A DNA stretch of 64,000 nt from Selaginella moellendorffii (taxonomy: Eukaryota; Plantae; Lycopodiophyta), in NCBI RefSeq assembly GCF_000143415.4, contig NW_003314286.1:1301718-1365717 (forward strand). The letters are read 5' to 3'. The stretch's first letter is position 1, and every line of letters starts with the position of its first letter. The position numbers and the translations under genes are program-made. Shown piece after piece: positions 39,530-49,964 of this stretch. Below the pieces are notes generated by a model, which made no database searches, had not been told where the DNA came from, and saw nothing but the letters and a program-made list of their open reading frames with translations.

Positions 39530-41395
39530 TTACCATCTACAATATTAGCGAATGGTGCTCCCGATGGTCGTTGAGAGGGTTTTGGTCGAGAAAACGTGAA
39601 GGGCGGAAATACTCTCCTCTGCAATGTGGGGTCAATCGCATCCGATGGCGTGTGGGCACATGCCATTTCAGCTGTAGACTCTGGTACAACTGGCTCAACA
39701 GTGGCATGGGGTGGTTCCGATGGCGTGTGATCACACGCCATTTCAGCTGGTGCCTTCGTTGGCAAAGTGGACATGACCGAACAGGCAGCAGAGGCGGTGT
39801 AGGGAGGTTCCAACGGCGCGTAGTCAGACGATTGGGCACACGTTGAGTCCGTTGGAAATAAGGATACGACCGGCTCGGCGGCTGGGGCGGCCTCATGCGG
39901 GTCCAATGGCGCCTGGTCACTGTCAGTTGGATACGTGGACAAGATTGACTCAGTGGTATGGGCAACATCAAGTGGAGCGTGGTCAGCTTGCTTGGCGTTG
40001 ATATGGATAGTAGCCTCCACCAGCTCTGATGACTCTTGCAGGCAAGTAGAGTCCACTGGCGGATCCATATGCATGTCCAAATATCTCCCTTCGATTGAGA
40101 TGGTATCCTCCCATGCTACTAAAAACAAACTCATTAGCACATTGAATCAACTATACTGTATTTACCATCAACTGCTATTGAGGAACTAGGACCGATATCA
40201 CTTGGGCGCACTGCTGATTCTGAAGGATTGGACATACGTTTCGACCCTTGCTTGGCACTATCCTTCCTCGACACTAAAGGCTAGAGTTTGTAAATTCAAC
40301 TGAATAATCTCTACTTACCATTTGCTCTGCGACCTACATGGACAATGTTAGAAATGGTAAAAGGTTAGGAATGGATGTACTATTATTTACCTGATGGTTT
40401 GTCTTGTATGACCTTCCTCCGCTGCTCTTTGGCCACCTCAGGCTGGCCATCGTCGTCATCATCATCGTCGTCGTTATTGTGATCGTCACCATTGTGAGGA
40501 CCATCCAAGTCCTCTTCGTCCTCCTCTTCTTCATCCTCCTCTTCTTTGTCCTCCTCTTCGTCCTTCTGCTCTTCCTGCTCATTATCTTTCTCTGGCTCCT
40601 CATCCCCCTCCTGCATTTCTTCCATAGGCTGCTCAGGCTGGATGGCTTGTTCTTCCAGGACCATCTTGGGAAAATCATCTGGCCGAGTCTCCATCTCAAA
40701 ATACAAGACATCCATAGCCTGTTTTAGTGCGTGACCTAGGACCGTATCCTCACCCAACTGTCTTAACATGGTTTCTACACGTTCTTGCACCCTTCGAAGA
40801 CGACGAGATGAGAAAAACGTGGCCCTGACTTGAAAAGCATCCCTCATCCATTGTACCTCTCATTGAGATTGGGGAAGGGGAGTCCGCCATAGGAATCTGA
40901 GTCAGGAGGTGGTGACTGCCTGCTTTCACTCAGCCCTTGATCTGCAATGAATGGCATGAGCACACACGCCATAACCGCGAGGCATTACCTATCATCTTTT
41001 CGTTGCCCTTCTTCCTTTTTGAATTAAACGCCTCTGATCTCGACGACTGTCCAACGTGCTTTCGCTTTTTATGACCACTGTCAGTTTGAGCTTGGCTGGT
41101 GCTTGCTTGTTTTGCCTTTGAAGAAGTGTCTCCTGCAAGGAATGGCATGAGACCACATGCCATTGCAAATATAATTTGTACCTCCTTTTTTCCTATTGCT
41201 TGTCTGTTTGTCCTTCTTCGATGCGCCACCAGTGCGCTTTTCAGTCCTCGTGTCTGAATATTCACAACGATCTATAATCAAAATGGCGTGAGGCCTCACG
41301 TGACCTTACCTTGTGCAGGTTGTGAGCTCGGCCCAACATGGGTATCTTCAACAGTAGCTGTTAACGCCGTTTCAGCATCTGGGGTGGCCACGCTC
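39530..41395 (-). pseudogene. Small linker exons of the cargo gene (K/R-rich, poly-acidic and P/A/T-rich segments), with probable frameshift(s)
   Basis: Three consecutive phase-1 GT-AG introns (41309-41254, 41181-41133, 40988-40942) join in frame. Acidic ORF 40383-40847 and low-complexity ORF 39502-40140 follow. Frame at 41445/41396 and near 40870 could not be reconciled. Confidence 0.55.
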
Positions 41396-41428
41396 CTGCA
41401 TACAGAGCTTGTGAGATAACATTTAAAC

Positions 41429-43963
41429 TTAAAGTGTGTACTCACCAGGTTTGCAGAGAAGATACTGTTTTTCTTTGGCAACTGTAATTATATGCTCCAT
41501 TGAAGTCACCTCTTCAATGGAGTTTGTCACCGCAACACACGGGACACCCTTGAGTAGTGCGGCTCGAAAGAATAGTCCGCCGCAGTTGTACTCGACAACG
41601 CATTTGCCCTTGGAGTCGGAAGCAGGTGACCCACCCGCTATTGCATTGAAGACCCAGCTGAGCATTTCCCATGCTGCACCTGGAGCTTTCTTTGGATTTG
41701 AAAGCTCCATAGCTGTCTTCAGTTCCTCAGGCACGGGTAAATTGACCTCCCTCAGATCAATTCGATTGGCCTTGTTGAACGAAGCTGGGAAGTCACTCCA
41801 GTCCCACTCTGCTGCAGGACCAATAACAAGGGCGAGTGTGAAGATGCGGACATTCGTCAGTATCTTCTTCTTAGCCATTATCCCATGGATCTCCCGCATC
41901 TCCTTGCCTTTCAACCGAGCCTTCACCTCGTTCAAGGCCTTCCAGAACTTGTGATAGGATTCAGAGTCGTAGATCATATAGTGGACTGAAGATTCCACCT
42001 CCGCAAGTCCCACCATTAAGTCAATGATGGAGCTGACTTCGTCTACATGAGTGATCTCCTCGTTTGTGAAGTCCATCACACAAAAGATGTTCTTGACCTG
42101 CTCATCTCCGCGGGAAACGATGCTCCTCCACCTTTGATCCTCATCCGAATTCAAGTATACCCGGTAAGGTTCTCGATAGGCCTCTGCTGCGGGGTTGAGC
42201 TGTTTCTGAAGCCGGCGGTCGACATCAATCTTAATGAAATTTGGATACTAATCCAACTTCTCAGCTTTACTTTTCGTGGCATCCCGCAGCAGATCGATGA
42301 ACTTGGGGGCCCCCTTCACGTACTCGTCGATGTCTTCATTTGACAAATCCAGCGCTTCCATCATCTCTTGCGTGGTGTCGATGCTCACCCTCTCCACGGC
42401 CACTTGCTCGAAGATCCAATCCTTCAATAGCGCACGAGCTCTCAGAGTCGTGCACAAGTCCTCGTATGTCACAATATGGCTGGGAGTCATTTTGGTCTTG
42501 TTGAAGACTACCTCACCACGTAGAAGAGCATTAGCCACTGTCAGAAGGTCCTCGTCGTCTAGAGACCGCGAGAAACGCAAGGCGTTTAGCTTCAAATCAT
42601 TGGGCTTCCGGCCGTCCTCCACACCCATTGAGTTTGGCAACTCCCCGTCATGGTACCTCCTCAGCACATCTACCCATTTGTCAAAAACAACTTTTGTCGC
42701 GAGTAGAATGTTATGGATGCTGAGTGTGTCATTGACCCCCAGTGTTTTCGAGAGAAGACTCGAGAATTCCTGCAATGGAAATGGCGTGAGGCCCCATGCT
42801 ATGCCACATGCAACGAGGCTTACCTGCCAGGCGCTAGTTGCTAGTGCACGCCCTTGTCCTGGTTTTTGTGGCTTCTTCAGTTGAACCCAGAGCTTCCGTG
42901 TTCGTGTCAATGTCTCGTGCAGACCCAATTTGTAGCACGTTTCTTGCTTGACATTCTGCGTGTGGGAGATGTATATGATAGATCGGAGGGGCGAGTTGCC
43001 TTTTATCAGGCGGACAACTCTTGTCTTGAAGACTTTCTTCACCTCCTCGCCCACCATAATATCCACAACTATCTCTTGCATCGCCAAGCTAGAATGCTGC
43101 CCGGAGACGGCATAGAACCGGATGTTCTGATCGTCCAACACCTTCCTATTGATCAAGTCTGGAAACCTCGTCTCGCCCTTCATTGTTCGGTAGTAGGGGA
43201 TCACGTCTGCGATGTCGGGTGTTACTGGACTTGCCAGCATCTTCTGCTTCAGTTTCTCCACCCACTCATCAGATACTAGCCTGTGGTTGTATTTGCTTTG
43301 GATGTCGATACGGCTCACGTCGATTGTATATACTTTGTTGGAATAGTAACAAGTACTATTATCTGCGACGATTTTTGCTGCCTCTTCTTGCTCTTTCTGC
43401 TCTTTGCGGCTCTTCTTTTTGGTGGGTGTAGTGTTCGAACCTGAGGCAATGGCATCACCGAGTAACTTCTTTTTTGGAGGAGAGTCGGACGTCGGCTTGA
43501 GCTTGACCACCCTTTTATGCTTCGGGGTAGTTTCCAGATCGACCCTCTTCCCCTTCGCTTCGCGAACTGGAGGCACTCTCAACGGCTCAATGTTGGAATA
43601 TAGTTTTTGAACATCGCCGTAGGTGAGGTCCGTGGATTCCATGTAATCTTCATAGACCCGCAGCGTCTTTGAAATTGTGGGCCTCCTGGACAACCTCTCC
43701 CTAGCTCCCTCTAGGAATTCCTCATAGCCGCTGCCCCCCTCTGGGAAGCCGCTAGGATGTGCAAGGTGGATCTTGAAGGCAGACGCTGTCTCTACCACAA
43801 GTGCCAGTCCATATTCTTGCATGGAACTGCATGGAGTGTCTGTCACTTGGATGAGGATCCCCATGCATTCTTTTCTCCCACCATCTGTGTTGTACAGCCT
43901 CAGATCCTCGCCTTCCATCCCGAAAGTCCAACTGGTGAGCTCCTCCCCCTTCTCTGCATCCAT
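41429..43963 (-). pseudogene. ParB/Srx-like domain fused to a degenerate beta-class N6/N4 DNA methyltransferase-like domain; one in-frame TAG
   Basis: ORFs 42248-44020 and 41429-42154 are in the same frame, separated only by TAG at 42250-42248 (KLD*YPNF...). ATG at 43963. In-frame 54-bp intron 42823-42770. ParB-like IDVSRIDI..NHRLVSDEWVEKLKQKM..FYAVSGQHSSLAM. MTase-like tail KGKCVVEYNCGG..RAALLKGVPCVAV. Confidence 0.6.
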
Positions 43964-46820
43964 ATTGACAGTGGCTGAAAGAAGAACGCAATTCCTCGCC
44001 TGTTCAGAAATGCACAACAATTAAAGCTGACAGATGAAAAGCTAGCAGCTGGAAATAACGTGAGGCCACACGCTATTCACCACTACATCAGATGTCTTGA
44101 GGCTGCATCCTAAGATGGCGTGAGGCTACACGCCATCTGTAACCGGACTGCACTCGAGAGCCCAATCGGTGCATGCCAATGTTGCTACTGAATGGCATGT
44201 GGCCTCATGCCATTTTCTACTTGGCCTAAAAGACTTACCATTTGAAGCCGAATGGAGGTGTGACAACCGGACTCGCTGGCGAATGTGCACTGTGTGTGCA
44301 GCGGATCGTAGCAGCAAGGCTACTCTGCCACTTACAGTTGGAGAGTGGCACTGAAATCTCCCGGGATGCCAAGTGGGCTGCGTGTGGGTGGCGGAGTGGG
44401 CGGCGGAGTTGGCGGTGAAGTTACAAACTGGGTGTGTCTTGAAGTGGACGCTGATGCACACAAGCGCGATGTGAGCACGAGTGTGATGCAAGCGCGAGTG
44501 GATGCCGATGCACACGAGAAACCTGTAGAGAAGTGGGAGCGCAAGTGGGAGCGCAATGCGAGCACGAGTGTGCGAGCGCGATGCGAGCGCGAGTGTGCGA
44601 GCGCGAGTACGAAGCAAAATGCAAAACCTAACCTCACATGCGCGAAATGTCACGACGGTTGGTAATCCCGCCACGTCATCATTCCTTGGACTTGGGCGCC
44701 ACCATTAATTTCTGGATCGGCGCGCGCATGCGTGAAATCCAAAAGAAATCCGCAACGTCATCATTCCTTGGACTGCATGCACGTGAAATCCAAAAGAAAG
44801 ATCATGATTGGGATATCATTTAATACCCTCGCTATATTTATACCATGCATGATTGGATATTCCAAAGCATCTTGTATTTCCAAAAATGCCAGATGTTCAG
44901 CTAAATAAATTGTCAGAGGATTTGATGTGACATTCAAGCGTGTGGGCTCATGCAATTTTGATCCCAAAAAATGCACCAAAAAATGCTCGGCGTCATCTGG
45001 CGTTATCTCTTGAATGGCGTGGGGCCGCATGCCATTTTCAGGAGCACATAGGAGTATATTCCTAAAATATTCTGACATGCACGAGATTGTTTTGAGTTTC
45101 CTGAAGATCCAACCATTAGATCGCAACTAGATTTTACAGAATGGTATACAATGTCCTTCTTGATGACCCTGCAAAGAAGCATCTCGATCGGACACCACAT
45201 GAGACCACACGAGCCTTACAATGTTTCAGAGGCATTTGCCATAGATCCGACCATTATTTTGCTCCAAGATTCTACAGTTTGGTGTGCATTGACCTTTCCA
45301 TCGACACTGCAAAGGGACATCACAATCAGATGCGGGATCACAAGAAACCAACTTCACTAACTCTGGTTTCACCAAGATCTACGTAAGGAGTTTTGAAATG
45401 AAAGGACCCTCTCTATTGAAATGTGTTTATGGTTCTAGGGGCATTGTGACATATCAAAGGATTTTGCCATCAAGTTTTGTATTTGCATGTTTATCAAGCT
45501 ACTGAATTGCTAAACCCTAAACCCTAACCCTAAACATGTGGCAAATGCTGCATGAAGAAAGATGCCCTTTCTGGGCAAATGCTGTAAGAGGCAGATGCCG
45601 AGCAGATGTATCTCAGGCTAGCGAAGGGGACAAACGAAAGCTAGTTATAAACATGACGGGATGCAAATAGATTACTAGGCTGGTCCTGCGAAAATCAAAA
45701 ACCATAATTGAAAACATTGAAAATGCAAAAAGAAAGGTTTATAATATTTTTGAATTTTAAGCAACCAAAGGAATGTAAGTAGGGCATGTGTTTGTAAGTT
45801 TAAAAATGCCTCAACCACTTAAATTCCCAAGTAAATAAAGCTGTTTTTATTTTTGGTACAGGTAAACTTTATAACGTGTGGGCTCATGCAATTTTGAACC
45901 CAAAAATGCACCAAAAAATGCTCGACTAGCATTATTCTTTAAATGGCGTGTGGCCTTATATTGCCATAAATGGACGTACACACACAGCATAATTATTCCT
46001 TTACACGGCGAATAATCTTGGCGCGGATCGCTGACATGGCATGGCAAAGTTCGAATCACTGACATGGCACAGCTGGATCGAGGCAAGGACATGATGTGAC
46101 AAAGTTCAACCTCCGACAGCAAAGTCTAGAAGCTACGAAGTTTGAAATTTGTCAAAGGAATCATAAGATCTGGTTTGTCAGAGGATTTGATGTGACGTTC
46201 AAGCGTGTGTTATTTTTGAATTCTCGAACTCATTCCTAGGTCTATCATTTTTGTGCGCCGTGTTCTTGGTTCCGCTGAGCGCAGTGAGCACTGCTTGTGT
46301 AAGCGGCGTTGTGAGCTGTGGTTTATGCGTCTACAAGCGGTTGCGGCATTGCGAGCGCCATTGCAAGCGGCAGTTTATGCGAGTGGCAGTTTGTGCGAGT
46401 GGCGCTACGAGCAGTTGCGGTGTTGTGAGCGGCGCTATGAGTAGTTGCGGTGTTGCGAGCGGCACTGTCTTTGGTGTGGCTACCGCTTCCTCTTGATATT
46501 CGGCACTTGTGCTTCCTGGTATGTTCACCATGGAATGGTTTAGGACCACATTTAGAAATGGCATGAGGCCACATGCCATCTTGGGCCCTTGCAATTTCAT
46601 GGCTAGCATATTGTCATGTATGTTTTTACTTGCCTGCAGCTGTGTATATATCAAGATGGCATGAGGCCTCATGCCAATTTTGTGAATGCGAAATTTCACG
46701 TGGGTGTCAATAGCATGTTTGAATAATGGCATATGGCCTCATGCTATTTGGTATGTTATGATTTAGGCCATTCTCCAATCATTTTTTGTATGGTCTTAAC
46801 TTCTTTTCTGCACTTTCAGA

Positions 46821-49800
46821 ATGGCCTTCAGGGTTGGGGAAAAGGTTTACATTTTGAATGGTGGGAAGAGAGTTGCAAAAGGGACCCTTGTGTCTATGGA
46901 TCGGAACTTTGTTATACACTGTCAAAGGCTTGGGGAAGGCAATGTTGCTGTATCAGTAGAGACTGTCTTCGATGGGAATGTGGTCGCTATTGAACGAGGA
47001 GAGATGGTCGTCGGGGTAAATGTTGTTGTTGCCTTGAAAAATCTGCAGAAGAAAGCAGATGTTGGGGACAGCGCAAGTGCGACGCATGTTCCCTCCGTGG
47101 ATCTTAAGAACCGTGCTACATGGATTCAGGCAAAGGTGTTTCTAAACAACCCCGAGGGGGAGGTGGTAGCTGAGGGCTTAGCCACAGTTGTCGATCCAAG
47201 AGATGCGGTTGCTAATCAAGAATTGGGCTGGGATGATATTGGAGTTGCAATTTTAGAGGTTGTTGACACAGAAGAAAACAGTCTAACTATTGGAAGAGCA
47301 TTGTGCGGTGGAAATTGAGGCATTTAGTGTTTGAGAATGTGAAGGATTCACAATCAAACACCACTACAACTGATGACAGAACATCTCTTCATGGGAAAAG
47401 AAAGTACACCTTCCTACAGCGCAGCCAAAGGGATCTGAGCAACGAACCGAAAAGGCAGAAAATGGCGATGGAGGTTCGAATGGTCTCGACAGTTGCTTGT
47501 TGCAAGAGGAGGTGTTGTCAACATGCTAATTGGGATGCTATTGAAGAGGAGAGAGTAAGATACAAGACATTGTCCTGGAAGGCAGCTTGCAATTTTGTGT
47601 ATGAGGCATTACGGTCATCTGTTGATGCTTCAGAACATCAGGTGGGGGGCATGGTCTTCCAGAGGGGTTTGGTCTGCATGAAGGCATGGAGAATCATTTA
47701 TGGAGTCCCTTGAAGCACATTCTACAGAATCAAAACTGAGTTCGAGGAACAAAGGGTTCAACAGGCAGTCCATGGGAACGACGGTACGCACAAAACCAGG
47801 GGTCATGTTGTATATGGAGAGGCAATCTTCAAGAGGTTTGTCGAGACATGTAGCGAGCAGCAACCACATAAAACCCGCCTCTTGGAAGATGGAACACGAG
47901 ACACCCAACGAGTTCTCCCTTCCATGTATACCAAGGGGGCCATATTGGAAGATGTGAATCGGGAACTCCAGAGTAATGGCTACAAGAAGCTGAGCCAATC
48001 TAGATTTAGTAGATTGTGGAGCAACAGGTTCAGGGATGTGAGTATAGGAAAGTACTCCAGCTTTTCAAAGTGTGACGAGTGCACTGCTATCAAAATGGCT
48101 TTGTCGAAGAATTCTTGCAGTGCTCAAGAGCGAGAGACGTTGGTTAGAAGGCGGCTCGACCACAACATCGAGCAGAGAAGCTGCAGGACTGCATATTATC
48201 ATAACAGGATTCTCTCCATGGAGAGACCTGACTCTTACCTCTGCATCATCCACGACAAAATGGACCAGAAAAAGACGTGCTTACCTTGACTCAATCCTGC
48301 CCCCAAGGCAATCTCTTCATCCATGCAGCTGCCTGTGTCTCTGTTTGGCATAATCGCTCATGGGCATGGTGCCCAGAACTATGGGAACTTCTTTGTACCT
48401 CTATGGGGTGGCGGGGGTGCAAACATGATGATTGCGTCCCTAGCAAAACACTTAAGGTCTCTGCAAAGTGCGCAGACTGAGCTGAACGGCCAACCCTTGC
48501 ATAAGGCCCTTGTCGATCGAACCCCATACAGGGTTCAGCTGGAGGAGGAGCAAAGGCTTGCAGTATTGCGTGGGGCCCCATGCCATCCCAGTGAATATGT
48601 TGGCCGTTAGATTGTAGGGTTATCACGTGAGGCCTCATGCCATTTTGACGAGGCTGGTCGCCCGGTGAATGCACAGCCTCATCCAAACGAGGCAGAATCT
48701 CAAGGAAGTTCTTGCGGCCGATGTGGCCTTCCACCCCATCTTCTGCTCTAAACAGACAATGGATGAAGTGAGAACAAAAACATGTACGTCTTCGCGTACT
48801 TGGCGATGCTTGTTGCCAAAGGCATATTTGAAACGGTTACACTTGGCTTTCTCATGGTTGGGCACACTCATGAAGACGTCGATGCCATGTTTAGTCACCT
48901 GGCAGAGTCCCTCCGGCGATCCAATCTCCTCACCCTCCCACAACTCTACGATGAATTCCAAAATTTCATCAAAGGCACTGTTGAAGCTGCACTTGTGACA
49001 GAGGTTCCAAACTTTAAGGGGTTTGTAAGAGGCTACATCAGGGACGGATCCGAAACGCTGATTGGCCACTCCAAGCCTCTTCAGTTTCATTTCAGCATGC
49101 GTGACGGTGCTCCAGTGATGAGGTACAAGATGAGAGAATGGGACACAGTGTGGCTGCCAGTGGATGGCATTGAACTCTTCAAGAGAGATCCCATAACTGG
49201 GGAACCTATGATTCCTCAGGGTTCCCCACGGCCGATGCACCCGGATGGACTCAAAGACCAGGAAAGTATAGTGGCCGGGATTAGACAGCATATTGCCTTC
49301 TGGAAGAGGGGGTTGGTGTTTGGTGGAGAATCCTATTTTAAGAGGTGCAAGCCTTTGCTCGAATACTGGGAGAAGATTATATCTGCTATCCAAAATGGGC
49401 CGGTTGTATATGAAGAATTGGAAGAGTCCTTTTGGCCAGAACCCAGAGCACCAGATAGTAGCGGAACAATGTCCTCTGGAAATGCAATGACAGATAACGA
49501 TGTTGAGGATCACTATTGTGGGCCGAGGAACAAGAAGCAGGATTCAGCATTCAATCCAGTATAGGTCTGCAAAGGAATGGTCGTGCTTGTCAGACCCAGT
49601 AATAAAAAACAAATGATATGGGTGGGGCGCTGCATCACTGATGCAGAGGAGGACGCGGAAACTAACTCCTTCAATGTAACTGTGGAGTGGTTCAAGCCAA
49701 GTTCCAGATATACAAAGGATTGCCTAGAAAAGAGATGGGTGCTGAATCCAAGGGATCCTAGCATGAGCATATCGGTGGATAATGTTGTGCATGGTTGGAT

Positions 49801-49964
49801 GTGGAAGCAGAGTGCCACCATCACCTTGCCAGACCATGCAAGAGATGCAGCAAGAGCATTCATAACACGGGTTCAAGGTGAGATTCATTAATATTTCTTT
49901 ACTAAGTTTCTAATGTATTTTATTTCAAGGTGAACAATCCGAATCTGAATCAGAGGAGGCGTGA
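46821..49964 (+). pseudogene. Decayed Sola-like (DUF7869-type) DDD/E transposase, ~1000 aa
   Basis: After one frameshift near 47305, ORFs 47303, 47882, 48323, 48782 and 49577 all share a frame, broken by stops. Motifs: CCKRRCC..VCMKAWRIIYGV, FSKCDEC, CIIHDKMDQ, L*TDNG*SENKN, FLMVGHTHEDVDAMFS. Probable tiny last exon GEQSESESEEA*. Confidence 0.85.

Noticed and set aside
41429-44020. Bacterial or phage contamination as the source of the ParB/MTase-like gene
   Set aside because: The gene has host-sized GT-AG introns, is linked to a eukaryotic transposase and is contiguous with plant retroelements.
48635-49513. 292-aa minus-strand ORF, and the 202-aa plus-strand ORF at 42276-42884
   Set aside because: Antisense shadows of the transposase and cargo reading frames.
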